A stretch of DNA of 64,000 nucleotides from Eutreptiella sp. 'Long Island Sound 2002' (taxonomy: Eukaryota; Protista; Euglenida), in contig OZ038379.1 of NCBI GenBank assembly GCA_964036045.1, positions 12,772,001 through 12,836,000 of the forward strand, written 5' to 3'. Each line of letters opens with the position of its first letter. The first letter of the stretch is position 1. Positions 12,153 to 25,609 of this stretch are shown here, one piece after another. The notes under the pieces were generated by a model. It did not search any database and was not told the origin of the DNA. It saw only the letters and a program-made list of their open reading frames with translations. The position numbers and the translations under genes are program-made.

Positions 12153-13208
12153 GTATGCAATCGTGCGAAGACTGACAAGTGGATTGATCATCAGAGCGCA
12201 AGCCCCCGATTCTTCAAACGTTGTGCACAAGCGAGAAAAGGTGTGCGAGTGCATTCCGAGCATAACTTGGTGCCTGGAAATTCTAAATTTCGGAAGTCCT
12301 CGGTAGTCTCGTCGTGAGTATCCCCGGGAGAAAGCTCGGGATACCTGGGTCCGATCCCCGGATCCGATAACGTGCCTCCCCGCGGGGGGGGCACATTATT
12401 TGCTCCTTTTTGCTTTGTGAGTTGGTGCCTGGCCACGTGCACCCTAGGAGTCCTTGGTACTTTTGTAGTGAGTATCCCTGGGAAGCACCCTATTTCCTCC
12501 TTTTGTGCTTTGCAAAACAGCGAGGGGGTTAACGTGGTGCCAGGCCACTTTGCATCGCAGAATTTCTCGGTAGTATACGGGGGGGGGATCGCGAAATGTG
12601 CGCCATCGCGAAGGCTGCGCCTCGGTCTAGGGGGGATCGCGAAGTGTGCGCGACGGTCTGGGGGGGATCGCGAAATGTGCGCTACAGTCTGTGGTGAGTA
12701 TCCCCGGATGCATTATTTGGGAGATCGGGGTTCGACTCCCCGCCGGAGAGGCATTTTGTTTCCTCCTTGGCGCTTTGTGGAGGAGCGCTTCGTGCACCCT
12801 TGAATCCATCGGCTCCTTCTCGTGGGCGGACAATACCTCTCCGCTCCTCTACTCGTCCCGATCCTTACTGCCTGCCCCTCACCGAAATCCCCACGTCATG
12901 CCACCTCAATCCACTCACAATCACCCTCTGATCAGAGAAGGTCAACGGCAGGGGTGATCCTCGGCCTCCACGTGGCCCTGCCGCTCTGGTACGGCAGCCC
13001 AAAAGTGGATGGTCGAGTGCTGTCCCTCCCCGGGATCATCCCCTTGAACCCTCACTTGTCGGGGTTCACGCTCTGGGATCTGCCTGCACGCCTGTCTGCC
13101 CGTGCGCGCACGTGTCCGGTCGCGAGTGCACGTGCTTTGGCCGAGAGGTGTGTATGTTCGTCGTGTGTGCATGGCAGACGTGTGCTGAACTTTCATGCGG
13201 TCCCACAG

Positions 13209-13372
13209 GCCCCGCATCACATGTCCCACGCCGTTCTGGGGTTTTATGACAGTCCTTTCTCGAATGCGATTATTGTAACCCTCGACGGCAGGGCAGAAGA
13301 GTCCACGGGGCTGAACGTGTACGTGGCAGACAGACGGACCGGATTGCGGCGGTTCTTCCAGGCAGAAGCCAG
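13209..13372 (+). CDS. Carbamoyltransferase-like exon 2 (Kae1-like domain, HHMSHA...DG)
   Basis: APHHMSHAVLGFYDSPFSNAIIVTLDGRAEEST resembles the family HHxAHAxxAFxxSPFxxAxxLxxDGxGE; cacag| acceptor, AG|gtcctg donor, phase 0-2. Confidence 0.9.
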
Positions 13373-13989
13373 GTCCTGATGCTGCGGGTTTCAGAGGCTT
13401 GGGGCCAAAAGATGGAGGGGGTCTGGAGCGCCGCGGGGTCCCGGTGAGGAAATGCACCCTTCGGAGGTGCAAGGTGGATCCAGAGTTGCCGGGTCGCCAG
13501 CAGCGTCCGCCCGATCGGCCATGGTCCGGTGCACTGGTTCCCACTTGGGTTTGTGTGTGTCCGGGGCGGAGGGTGGAGGGTTCTGGAGGATTCGGTCGGC
13601 CGATCGGCCCGTCGGTCGCGCACGCACGTGAGGCTCGTCAGCCCCTTGGGCTGCAGTGCGTCCGCCTTCTGTTTCACTCTCACTTTCCGACAAAACTGTG
13701 GCGAGAAAAGAAAAGAGGAGGAAAACAAGCGCTCTCTATTCTCTGCTCCAAGAGGCTCGGGGTACGTGGTGTACCCCTCGTGCTTTCGTCCTGGGACCGT
13801 GCGACCGTGGCCGCCAGGCTCACGGGATGCCTGGTCGTCCCGCTGCCCTTTGCCCCCCCCCCCCCCCCCCCCCAAATTCTGTGACCCCTTGCTCCTCGGC
13901 CGTCCGACCCCGCGCGGCTTCTCGCACCCCGTGTGCCTCCGCCCCTTCTGTACTCCGCTGCTGCAAGACGCCTGCATGTGGCTGCTTAA

Positions 13990-14530
13990 ATGCCCGGCTC
14001 AGCACTGCTGCTTTGGTGCTCTGGCTGCTTTGTACAGCGACGTCTAGCTGCTCAGCGCCAGTGTGCTGCTGCGTGGTCCAGCAGATGTGGCTGCTGGGTC
14101 CTGTGCATCAGTCTGTAGCTGCTGTGCACAGCCGACTGGAGCTGCTCCGCGCAGCTGTGTGTTGCTGCCTTGCAGGGCCAGGCCGCATGGTCCAGCTGTG
14201 GAGAGCACACCGCTAGCGCGCTAACGCTCTAACGCGGAGCGGCAATTTGCAGCTGCGCAATGCAGATGGCTGCCCCCAGTAAGCGCCACGGGCCTCACAA
14301 TGCAGCTGAGCTCAGCTGCACCAACCGCATGCACACAGCTGCACAGAGCACAGTCGGTCGCCCAAAACAGCAACATATACTTGTACCTTGCAGCCAAACT
14401 CAGCTGCAGCTGCGCCACACAGGGACGCAACGCTGCGCGGAGTAGCAATAGACGGCTGCACACAGCAGCGACATCCTGCAGCAGAAGGACCGCATACCGT
14501 TGCAACACAGCTGCACCTTGCAACACAATG
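13990..14530. repeat. Degenerate CAG/CTG-rich foldback (MITE-like); the right arm is duplicated at about 15455-15550
   Basis: GCTGCTGTGCACAGCCG (about 14118) is inverted against CGGCTGCACACAGCAGC (about 14452); ACGGCTGCACACAGCAG...GCAACACAATGC recurs at 15467-15550. Confidence 0.5.
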
Positions 14531-14681
14531 CTTCCCACTCCGCTCTACCTGACGCCAGCTCTGCAGACATAGTGCGGGTGGGGGGTGGGGGGCTTGTAGA
14601 GGGTTGTGGAGGGTTGTTAAGGGCTACCGAGGAGACCCTCAGTATGATGCAGCCTTCAGGCTTGCGGTGGGGCTGTCTCAG

Positions 14682-14822
14682 GTACATCGAGGCCTACTAC
14701 TTCTTGGCCACGGTGCTCTTTGATCCGGCCGACTGCTTCCGCGTGTTCACCTGGCGGTGCCAGGAGGTGGTGGGGATGTTGACGGATTTTGCGACATTGG
14801 GTGCCCCTGGTCCACAGTTCAG
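14682..14822 (+). CDS. Carbamoyltransferase-like exon 3
   Basis: ctcag|G TAC ... TTC AG|gttggc, phase 2-2; YIEAYYFLATVLF...EVVGMLTDFATLGAP occupies the position of the Y..T..LGF...GKxMGLAxYGxP region. Confidence 0.78.
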
Positions 14823-15584
14823 GTTGGCTGCCTTGCCTCTCGCAGGTCTGACCCTGCAGCCCGCCTCTCGCCGGGACAGCGCCGGTCTCAAGGCGCGTGG
14901 GAGCCACAGAGGGCTCATGCCCCACCCCAACCTGGGGTCCCTGTTGGCGTCACAGGGCAGTCGAGGCCTGGGCTTTGTTTGCACCTTTGAGGAGGGAGCA
15001 CTGAGGGTCTCAGAGGGTTGCCATCGCGAAGATCTCTTGCTTGTCTGCCCCCCCCCCGACCTCCACCCCCGGCACAGGCCAATGCGAAGTTCATTCCAAA
15101 CACTGCTCCCTGCTTCAGAGAAGTCCGTCGTCTTACCCGCGGAGCGCCCGACTCCTCAGGCCAACGAACCTCAACGCAACAAGAAACGGGGGTGGAACCG
15201 GCTCCTACTTCTGTGGAGTTGGAGTTGTGTCTCTGGGGGGGTTTGGGACCAGGGACTGGGGAGTGCGGCCCCTGCCCTGCCAAGCTTTGGCACCTGGATC
15301 TGATCCTCGCCCGGACGAGTCTGCCGACCCTCTCGCCGGGGCACGGCATGCGAGGGTGCATGCCGCTTCTGTTAGCTGTATTCCAGTCCATCTCCGGGCC
15401 CGCCCCGGTAGACGGGTACCCTCAGCAGCGGTGCTGGCTGCACGAAACAGCAAGATGGCTCAACAGACGGCTGCACACAGCAGCTCAAACCGGTTGCACA
15501 GAGCAGTAGCATATGCTGCTGCAACACAGCTGCGCCTGGCAACACAATGCCATCGCCCAAACCCACCGTATGAACTGCTTCAGG

Positions 15585-15690
15585 GCCAGCCCCCCCCCCC
15601 CCCCCCTCGTTCCCCTGTCGGCCCAAATTTCAGCCACCACAAAGCGAGGGTGCAGGCCGTGGGCTGGTTCCCCTTGGGGACCAGAAAACA
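15585..15690. repeat. Dispersed ~100 bp repeat, second copy at about 33430-33530
   Basis: TCGGCCCA...AGCCACCACAAAG(C/T)GAGGGTGC(A/C)GGCCGTGGGCTG is shared. Confidence 0.75.
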
Positions 15691-15789
15691 GGGGAGCAGA
15701 CCTTTTGCTGCCCCTACCCCCCCCCCCCCCAACAGAAAGGGGGCCGGACTGAAAGCAGGCCCGGCACCCCCCCCACCCCCAAGCATGCC

Positions 15790-18340
15790 CTCCCCCAGCC
15801 CCTGCCCCACTCACACCTCCCTTCCCTGGCAGCGCCAGTGGGCCGTCCCACGGCTGCCCTCCTACCCTCCACCCTCCCCCAGGAGCGCCTATGGGCGATC
15901 CCACAGCTGCGCTCCACCTTCGCCCCTCTCCAGCGGCGCCTGTGGGCGATCCCACGGCTGCTCTCCCCCCCTCGCCCTCACAACCCGCCCCATTATACCG
16001 CCGGCCGAGTGGCCGAGCGGTCAACCCCATGAACTGCCGAGTGGCAGTCGTGGGTTCAATTCCCTTCCTTCCCCTTGTACCCCCAACGCACAACACAGGA
16101 AATACAATATAGGTAGCTGTACTACACGTAACTGTATTTTGCCTGCTAGTATTACCTACCTACCTACCAGTGCAATAGGGTATATTGTGTTATTACCAGT
16201 ACTGTATCTCCGTGACCCCTCCCCTACCGCCCCCCACAGCACATCTGCAGGTGCTTCCACTCACAGAACCTAAGGAGCGGGAGCCTCAACGGTGCCCCAC
16301 ACAGGTAGACCTCCCTCCCCCCTGCCCCGGCCCCTGCCCCTCTCGCCCCTCCCTGCCTCGATTGCAGCAGTGGGCTGTCCCACGGCTGCCCACCTGCCCT
16401 CCACCCTCCCCCGGGAGCGCCTGTGGTCGATCCCACAGCTGCGCTCCACCTTCCCCCCTCTCCAGCGGCGCCTGTGGGCGATCCCACGGCTGCTCTCCCC
16501 TCCTGCCCCTCACAACCCGCCCCATCGTACCGCCGGCCGGGTGGCCGAGCGGTCAACCCCATGAACTGCTGAGTGGCAATCGTGGGTTCGAATCACTTCC
16601 TTCCCCTTGTACCCCCAACACACAACACAGGAAATACAATATAGGTAGCTGTACTACACGTAACTGTATTTTGCCTGCTAGTATTACCTACCTACCTACC
16701 AGTGCAATAGGGTATATTGTATTATTGCCAGTGCTGTATCTCCGTGACCCCTCGCCTACCGCCCCCCACAGCACATCTGCAGGTGCCTCCACTCACGGAA
16801 CCTGAGGAGCGGGAGCCTCAACGGTGCCCCACACAGGTGGACCTCCCTCCCCCCTGCCCCGGCCCCTGCCCCTCTCGCCCCTCCCTGCCTCGATTGCAGC
16901 AGTGGGCTGTCCCACGGCTGCCCACCTGCCCTCCACCCTCCCCCGGGAGCGCCTATGGGCGATCCCACAGCTGCGCTCCACCTTCCCCCCTCTCCAGCGG
17001 CGCCTGTGGGCGATCCCACGGCTGCTCTCCCCTCCTGCCCCTCACAACCCGCCCCATCGTACCGCCGGCCGGGTGGCCGAGCGGTCAACCCCATGAACTG
17101 CTGAGTGGCAGTCGTGGGTTCGAATCACTTCCTTCCCCTTGTACCCCCAACACACAACACAGGAAATACAATATAGGTAGCTGTACTGCACGTAACTGTA
17201 TTTTGCCTGCTAGTATTACCTACCTACCTACCAGTGCAATAGGGTATATTGTATTATTGCCAGTGCTGTATCTCCGTGACCCCTCGCCTACCGCCCCCCA
17301 CAGCACATCTGCAGGTGCCTGCACTCACGGAACCTGAGGAGCGGGAGCCTCAACGGTGCCCCACACAGGTAGACCTCCCTCCCCCCTGCCCCGGCCCCTG
17401 CCCCTCTCGCCCCTCCCTGCCTCGATTGCAGCAGTGGGCTGTCCCACGGCTGCCCACCTGCCCTCCACCCTCCCCCGGGAGCGCCTGTGGGCGATCCCAC
17501 AGCTGCGCTCCACCTTCCCCCCTCTCCAGCGGCGCCTGTGGGCGATCCCACGGCTGCTCTCCCCTCCTGCCCCTCACAACCCGCCCCATCGTACCGCCGG
17601 CCGGGTGGCCGAGCGGTCAACCCCGTGAACTGCTGAGTGGCAGTCGTGGGTTCGAATCACTTCCTTCCCCTTGTACCCCCAACACACAACACAGGAAATA
17701 CAATATAGGTAGCTGTACTACACGTAACTGTATTTTGCCTGCTAGTATTACCTACCTACCTACCAGTGCAATAGGGTATATTGTATTATTGCCAGTGCTG
17801 TATCTCCGTGACCCCTCGCCTACCGCCCCCCACAGCACATCTGCAGGTGCCTCCACTCACGGAACCTGAGGAGCGGGAGCCCCGCCGGTGCCCCACACAG
17901 GTGGACCTCCCTCCCCCCTGCCCCGGCCCCTGCCCCTCTCGCCCCTCCCTGCCTCGATTGCAGCAGTGGGCTGTCCCACGGCTGCCCACCTGCCCTCCAC
18001 CCTCCCCCGGGAGCACCTGTGGGCGATCCCACAGCTGCGCTCCACCTTCCCCCCCTCTCCAGCGGCGCCTGTGGGCGATCCCACGGCTGCTCTCCCCTCC
18101 TGCCCCTCACAACCCGCCCCATCATACCGCCGGCCGGGTGGCCGGGCGGTCAACCCCATGAACTGCTGAGTGGCAGTCGTGGGTTCGAATCACTTCCTTC
18201 CCCTTGTACCCCAGCACACAACACCGGAAATACAGTATAGGTAGCTGTACTACACGCAACTGTATTTTGCCTGCTAGTATTACCTACCTACCTACCAGTG
18301 CAATAGGGTATATTGTATTATTGACAGTACTCTCTGTCCG
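15790..18340 (+). repeat. 532 bp tandem array with a tRNA-like Pol III head in each unit; degenerate copy to about 18700
   Basis: A-box TGGCCGAGCGG and B-box GGTTCGAATC with heads at 16003, 16535, 17067, 17599 and 18132; each unit has three TGGG-NNNN-CCCAC hairpin subrepeats (best copy CTGTGGGCGATCCCACAG) and (TACC)4. Confidence 0.93.
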
Positions 18341-19102
18341 TGCAGCGCCAGTGGGCGTTCCCACGGCTGCACTCCTCTCCTCCCCCCCCTTGACACAGTA
18401 ATCCTAAATTAGATAACTGTATTACCTTGGGTACACTTTACGGCATTTTGCCCACTAGTACTACCTACCTGCATAATCGCACTCTCGTATGCATAGTGTT
18501 GCCCTTGCTTGTGCCATAGGGTGTATTGTATTACTGGTACCGAATCTCCGTGACTCCCCCCTTCCCGCCCACTGCTACAGGGTACAGGTGCTTCGCTGCA
18601 CGGAAGCAGGGGAGCGGGAGCCCCGACGGTGCCCCGCACAGGTGGTCCTCCCTCCCCCCTGCCCCCCTTTGGCACTGCCCCTCCCCCCCTACCCCTGCAA
18701 CCCCTGTGCCGTGCCCCATGCCCCATGCCCCATGCCAGCACAAGCACGTCCGCACTAGGAGGTGTATACCCCGCTCTCGCACCGCATGGTTCGAGGGTGA
18801 GTGCGGTGCGCCTGAGCCTAACTTCCCCAAAGCGAGGCAATCCGTGGGCCCCTAAGGCCCTCTTCGGATCGGGAAGACAAGCCCAAAGCCCAAAGCCCCC
18901 CCCCTCGTTCAGCCTTCATGGCACCCCCCGCCCCCCATTGGCTCGGGCGGTGTGCTGTGGTGATTCCTTTTTTTTTGTATCTCGTGCCCCGTCCTTTGTC
19001 TCCAGCACTAAATGCCAAAATGGAGCTTATTTCTTTGGGGTGGACGAGAGGATGTGATGAGAGGTTGTTGACAATGGAGACCAGAAGTTGCTGAGACCCG
19101 AA

Positions 19103-19107
<5 letters not shown>

Positions 19108-19152
<45 letters not shown>
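19108..19152. repeat. (CT)n microsatellite
   Basis: Direct. Confidence 0.98.
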
Positions 19153-19154
<2 letters not shown>

Positions 19155-19301
19155 GTCGTTGCTGAGGACTTCACAGCCCTGGTGACGAACCACCTCCTGC
19201 GTGTGCAACTGACGGCCTCATCATGGTAGAATATGCAAAAGGAACAGGGGTCGGCCGTTGGCTTGGCCAATGCCAATCGTCCAATCGTTTTGCTGTTACA
19301 G

Positions 19302-19356
19302 GGAACACCTGACAAGCTTCTTTACGCATTCTTCACCGCGCAGCAAAGTGCGAGAG
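19302..19356 (+). CDS. Carbamoyltransferase-like exon 4 (REHLTSFFTHSSPRSKVRE)
   Basis: ttacag| acceptor, GAG|gtgtgc donor; phase 2-0 exactly bridges exons 3 and 5. Confidence 0.65.
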
Positions 19357-20474
19357 GTGTGCTGCTGTTCTAGCTAAGCCACAGATTTCCATACCTCATC
19401 CAGACATCTGACCTGAATTTAAAAAGCTGCCTCTATTTGCACCGGGTGCATATTCCGGCTTCCTCCGGAGGAGCTCTTGAAGCTCTTGACACGGGCTTGC
19501 GCGCTGTGCAAATGTTCAGGCGACTTCGGGCTACCCGCCGGGAACGGAACGAGCACCGTGGCAAGTGTGAAATCGCTGGAAATAACAGGGGGAAATACTG
19601 AGGCCGTTCCCCCAAGAACCACCTCAAAAGGTGCGTGGCCCATGCGGCTACTATTCCCCTCCCTGTGCCCTCCTCTGCCACCACCCCGGGCACCACCGAT
19701 GGGTAATACATGATGATCAGGAACCCCCTCGTCCTGTGTTTCATTTTATCTGGACGGGCCGTCGGTTTCCCCTCGGTACCCGCCCCCTGCAGCCGCTCAG
19801 CATCCCAGCAGCGCCACAGGTGTCCACCAGTGTTTCGTGGGCTGCAAAGGGCCGCCGTGTTCCACTAGGGAAGGAGGCAATGCGCTGACTCGCTGAGCGG
19901 GGCGGACGCATTGGACCGAGGTGGTTCAGCGGCTGGGCCGGGCACACGCGACACCTTTCACAAAACAAAACCTGCCAGCTGACTTACCCACTTACTCGCC
20001 AAACACTGACCACGCGTAGCCGGACGTGGCAGAGAGCCGGCGGTGTCCAACGTACCCTCCTGAACACCTACTGCTGACAAGACCGCTGGACCTTATGCCC
20101 AGCGTCCCCGGGACACGGCTGTTGCTTGTGCACTGCACTGCTACTGTGCAGCGGGCAAACCAGTTGCCATGGAATACCCTGCGACACAACCGTCAACTGG
20201 TCATCCGTTGACCATCACTGTCGGCGGTTGGCGGCTACACATCGGCGGTTGGGCGTTACCTGTCAGCCGTACTGCAGTGTTCTTTTGGGCGTTGGGGCCC
20301 ACTTAAGGGGGATTGACACCAATTTTGGACTGCGAAGTAATGGGCTACGATCTGCCCCCCTCCCCCCCTCTTAGTCCTGCACGGGGGTGGGATGCTTCAG
20401 TCGGCCACTTGTGGCCTCTTCAACCGTTATCAGTACTCCCTCTGTCGGCATTGCGCCCAACCACCTGGCCACAG

Positions 20475-20606
20475 GTATTCAAGTTGACGAGCGGCTTGGC
20501 GCACAAACAGCGGCTGGAGCTCGCGGCGACGGCCAAAGACGTCTTCATGGGCCTTGCCTTTGCGGACATCGACCGAGGGTTGGAGTATGGTGGCCACCGA
20601 CTGCAG
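20475..20606 (+). CDS. Carbamoyltransferase-like exon 5
   Basis: cacag|GTA ... CAG|gtgcac, 44 codons; RLELAATAKDVF resembles the family DLAASxQ helix. Confidence 0.78.
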
Positions 20607-22296
20607 GTGCACCACGTTGGCACTGCGCGCGCGCGTCAGCATGCGCATGCGCACGGGCGCGCGTATCCGGGGCCTCAGAGGGGACGTGGGTGACCGACTG
20701 CAGGTGTGGAAGTTGCTCGGAAGCGGTGCGGCTCCGCGCAGCATCCTCCGGGGCCACAGGAGGAGTCGCAGGGAGCAGCAGCGGCGCAGCCCATCAGGCG
20801 CCGGGCAGGGGGGCAACCTCACCGGCTGGCCCGGGTACCCGACTGGGCACGTCACTGGATGTCTGTTTAAGAAGTGCTCCCGCATGTTTTTGCATTATCT
20901 GCTGCGCTGGTTGTTGATTTGGCCGGTCGGGCGCCTGGTGGTGTGCTCGCCTGCGTTCTCTAGATTTGGGTGAGTTTCCCAGCCACAGTGAGCTGCTCTC
21001 TCTAGCAAGATCAGTCTCATGTCTCATGTCGGTCAGCAGACTATCTATCAGTGGGCGACAGGGTAAGGGAGGTACCAAATCACCAGAATTTGACCAGGAG
21101 TACTATGTAACACTGCACAACTCACAGGGGGGCGGACGTGCAGTTCGTCCAGTTCACTCAGGGAAGTACCGAAGTCCTAAATGTTATCATGCACGCGTGA
21201 TATTATTTCGGTGCGTGATAATATAGTGGGGCAGGGGGGGGGGGGGGGCAGTGTGCCAACTACTGGGCTCTGCTGACGGAACCGACACCATCAGGAACAC
21301 AGGCCGCAGCGGCCGGCAGAACGCAGCGACCCGACGCAGCACGCAAAGGGAAGGGCTGGGGACTGTCTGGGGCCCCGTAAAGAAACAGCAACCCAACAGA
21401 ATGTCACACAGGGGGGTTCACTCCCTTGCGTTACACCGTCCTGCCGCTTGTGCACAACCTGCCCCAGGCACTTGGTGCCAGATGGCGCACGTCACCAGGG
21501 ACCGGGTACCCCAGACTTGGCCTTGGCGGATGAGATGAGCCCGGCCCACGCCACGGCGTTTATCCGGGGTGCATGGGCTTTGTACCTCGTACACAAGGGG
21601 ATGTTGCCCCGCCATACAATGAAGTGCTCAGGACCTCATCGCAAGTTTTGTTTGCCTCTCCCCTTCAGGCAGCCTTTTCTTTGGTTGTGCAAATTCTGCT
21701 GCCTTGATTTGTTGACACGCCGTCCCCTGCAGTGCCGTCCGGAGATGATCCATCCGTCCATGCACGCACACTGCGTGCCTGCTCTGCCAGTTGGAACTTC
21801 ATTCCTGCCTCCATCTACAACAGTTCGACCTGTTCCACCTGCACCCTTTTGGGGATCCATTCCCCAAGTGACAAGGCAAAACCACTATTGGTAACGTGAA
21901 TCACGACTGTAAAACACAGTTATTTCTATGCCAGGAAAGCAACCATGCACACTCGTCATGCCGCTGGCTTGGATTTGGGCATGGGCTTTTTGCAGCCGTA
22001 ACATTTGTGGGCTTAAGTTTCTGGTGGGACAAATTGGTAGGATCCATGTGACCGAGATCCTGGAAGTTCAGCGGGATCAGACATGACAAAAAAGACCTGG
22101 AACAGGGGGCTGGTCAAAATAATATCACGTGTCAAAATAACATCACGCGCGTGATATTGTAAAGGGAAGGGGGGGGTTAGGGCAGCGGGGGGGGTGCGAG
22201 AGTTCGCTGGGCTGGTTGGCACACGCAGGAGGGATGGGGAGACCATGACCGTGAAGTAGGGGCTCCCCACATCCACCTGACTCTATTCGCTTTCAG

Positions 22297-22353
22297 GATT
22301 TGGAAGGCTTGGTGCTTTGTGGTGAAGGAGCGCAGGATGCGACTTTCAATCAG
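22297..22353 (+). CDS. Carbamoyltransferase-like exon 6 (DLEGLVLCGEGAQDATFNQ)
   Basis: tttcag|GAT ... CAG|gtgtaa, 19 codons; aligns to LxLxGGxALNxxxN; too short for the ORF track. Confidence 0.8.
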
Positions 22354-22720
22354 GTGTAAGTACTGGCGCTATGTTGCGTTGTGCTGCGCTGTGCTGTAGC
22401 ATGAGGTGTCAGAGGAGGGATGTGGCAGCAGAGGCAGTGAACCACCGGGCGATCAAGTGTAGGGGTTTTGTGGAGCACGTGCATCCGGTCGAGGGGGCAC
22501 CTGTGGGAGCGTGCACCAGTAGCAGTGCACCGAATGGGGACATAGTAGCAGTGCCACCCCCAGGGGTCGGGACGAGAGATGGCAGCTGAGCAGATGGGGC
22601 TCCTGTCTGATGTTTTTAATTTGCTGTTCTGTTTGCTTTTTCTCGTTCTGCCTCCATCGTCGTCAAGCTGTGCAGCCCCGCACTTCCATCTCCGCACAGC
22701 AATCTGCTCCTGTCCTACAG

Positions 22721-22861
22721 GCTGCTATGGAGCATTACAAGGTTCGAGTACATGTTCCACCCGCGCCCGGCGATGATGGAGTGGCCATTGGAGGAGCTTG
22801 GGCTGTGAACTCACCGCCACCTGAACACCAGCCGCTGCAGCACCTTGGCATTGGGGTTCAG
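22721..22861 (+). CDS. Carbamoyltransferase-like exon 7
   Basis: ctacag|GCT ... CAG|gtgatc, 47 codons; VHVPPAPGDDGVAIGGA matches the family VxPAxGDxGxAIGAA. Confidence 0.92.
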
Positions 22862-25068
22862 GTGATCCCTGTCGCACGGCCATGCCCTGGGCTCGTCACC
22901 TCTTCCTGCACCCACCGCACAGGAAGGGCTCCTGGTGGTGGTTTTCTGTGCAACGGGGTTGGAATGATGTGGCAGGAGTGACTTCAAACCGGGGCAGCTT
23001 CTCAAAAGGGGTGCATGCGCACTGGGAAGGATTTGTGCTCGGAAGCGCAAGCAGGTGATTGAGTGGAGACGGTTGCGCAAGACGCTTGCGGACCGTTGAG
23101 TGCCCTTTTTTTTTTTGCCAGCGGTGGGCATGTGCCAAGCCTGATTCACCCCCCCCCCCCTCTCCACTCTCCTCCCCAACTGACGAAGATTCAAGATCTC
23201 TTCATGCTCCATGGGAAGAACGTCAGCAGTGGGTCCAATCTACCCACGAAATTGTATCCCCCGCCCCCCCCCTTCCCCTAACTCAATGCCTCCTGTCGTG
23301 GGAGGAACCTCCAGCAACCAGGGGACAATCGCCCAAAAATGGGGTTTTCTCATGAGGCATCTTTCAATGTGTGTGACTGAGCGCTGACTTTGCAGGAACC
23401 GCACAACATCCCTCGCTTAGTACTGACGTCCATCCCCGCGGCACCTCGGTGGCCAATGGTGCAGCGTCACCCAAACATGCCATGCCTTTGTGTGGGGAAA
23501 GCTTGCAGATAGGGCAAGGCAGTGCCTTGCTCTCTACACCACAGCTCTGCCACGGAGAAAGCAATAATGCTCCATTTGAGGCCCAGCGACGGTCACGCTC
23601 CACAGCCCGCACGTCAGTGCGTGCATGCTTCATACCCACACATGCTTCAGCGTAAACAGAACCCTCGCTTGAACCAGAGCCACGGGCCCACCCTTCGCAC
23701 GCATTCCCGGGGAAACCAGCCTCAGTGACACCCGAGACTCATTCAAAATGCGTTTGCTTCGAGCGAAGTGCGTGCATCGGTTGTGTGATTGTGGACTCTT
23801 GCAGTCCGGCGGTTTGTTCTCACAAGTTTTTGCTGACTGTGCCCAAAAGGTCTTTCCGTGGTGCCTGTGAGTCCGTACCCTGCCGTGCTCTTCCCTGGGA
23901 GTATACCCCGGCAGAGTTGCTGTTGGGGCACCGCACCAAGAAGTGCACTGCGCTCAGGGCGCTCGATCGGGGTGCCAACTGGGCGCTCCACGGAGCTCAC
24001 GATTGAGGGCCCCACCCGCTCACAGGGCGACCGACGAGGTGGGGCCGGGCACCAGGTGCCCAAACGCAAACCACACGCAATCCATCGATTTGTACTTGCT
24101 GATGGGCCGCCGATGTCGCGTTTGGGAGGGGGGGAGGGGTGATCCCCCTTCCTCGGAGGGGGCAGTAGGATTTGGTTCAGACCTCCAGCCAGGGGAGGTC
24201 ACTGAGGTGGTGCGGGCGGGGGGCACTGAGGGCGGGTTATGAAGATGTTGCAGGGGTCAGAGGGAAGGTGCGCATATGCAAGGTGCGCATATGCAACGCG
24301 TCGCAGAACACCTGATCTAAAACGCCGTGTACTACAACCGCCCTCCTCCGCCAGTCAGCCCCCGCTGGCGCACATACCAAATCAGCAAATCAGATATGCA
24401 GAGGCAGCGTGTCTCGAGGCTCCGCGTGATGATATTGTGTAGCGATGTAGCGATTGCGCTGTAGACCATGACCTCCCGAGGCCTCCCTTATCTTTTGGGT
24501 TGGAAGGCTGTTGTGAATCGCATTTGGGCGGGTCATAACACATCTCATTCTCGGAATTTCCCGCCAAGTTGCTGCTCACACGTGTTGGTGGTCCAGGGCC
24601 CGGACCTCGGAAATTTGGCGGAGGAAAACTGCGACACCCGTTTTGACGGCACATTCCCCCACTACATTTTCCCCAGCCGTACAACCGGCACACATTGGTC
24701 CGAGGAGACGTCATTGAGAGGGTGTTTAACTAGCACTTCCAGGATGTCAAGAAGGTCCTTGACAGGCCAGAGGTTCAAGGGGATTGCAGAGATCTCCCAG
24801 GCGGACCACTTTGCCTGGAGTGTACAGTTTCGGGATCACATCCTTAAAGGGGGGAAGCCAGCACGTTGTAGATGTTGTACGACGCATTGTGTGTGCCAAT
24901 GAGGTGGTCCATTGCGGCGATCAGGTCACGCTCGGGCCTCCATACGATCGTCGCTCAGGTCGCGCATGGACCCTAGCTCCTGGCGGCTTACCGATGGGGC
25001 GGTATATGGGAGGCGATTAGCGTGTTGATGGGGAGGGAAGGGGCCACGGGCCGTTGCATGGATCTCAG

Positions 25069-25185
25069 GATGCCGACGAGCTGGAGGCTCTCGTATCGAA
25101 GGTCGGAGTCACCAGGGCCACTGCAACGGAGATTGCACGGCTGCTGAAGGACGGTCAAGTCATAGGCATCATGAGGGGCCGGCAG
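25069..25185 (+). CDS. Carbamoyltransferase-like exon 8 (start of YrdC-like domain)
   Basis: ctcag|GAT ... CAG|gtgtgt, 39 codons; EIARLLKDGQVIGIMRGRQ matches AxLLxxGxIVGxxQGR. Confidence 0.9.
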
Positions 25186-25609
25186 GTGTGTGCCCCTCCA
25201 CGTCAGGGCTGCAGGCCATTGCTGTGGCTTTGGGGCGATGCCTTGCTGATGACGCTCGTTGAGTGTCGATGGCACTGACCAACACAACTGCAGCGGTACG
25301 ATTTCCTTCACTGTTCAGATCTCAGCGTCGCGAGGGGCCTGCGGGAAGTGCCGCTGGTGTGGGAGCTTTTGTTGGACGGAGGAGGGCTTTGTGGAGTCAG
25401 GGAGGGTTCGTCCAGACAGGCCGGAATGAAGGGCGCCGGGGCGTTTGGGGGAAGGGCCCCCGGCGGACTGACATCCTTGACGGTTGTGGGCCAAGTGAGG
25501 ACGGTCGGAGCAACGAATGACGGTTCTGTGCCAACGGATGTCTACGAACAACACTGTCTCGAGGGTCTTTAAGCGACGCCCTGACGGCGACGCCGATCGC
25601 CCAGAAGCG

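Noticed and set aside
12950-13060. GVILGLHVAL...DGRV as the N-terminal carbamoyltransferase exon
   Set aside because: It lies downstream of the exon that joins cleanly to APHHMSHA, so the order is wrong; the resemblance is weak.
15790-18340. 5S rRNA/SL RNA tandem unit or functional tRNA cluster
   Set aside because: No 5S or SL sequence in the unit; the tRNA-like part lacks an anticodon arm and acceptor-stem pairing.
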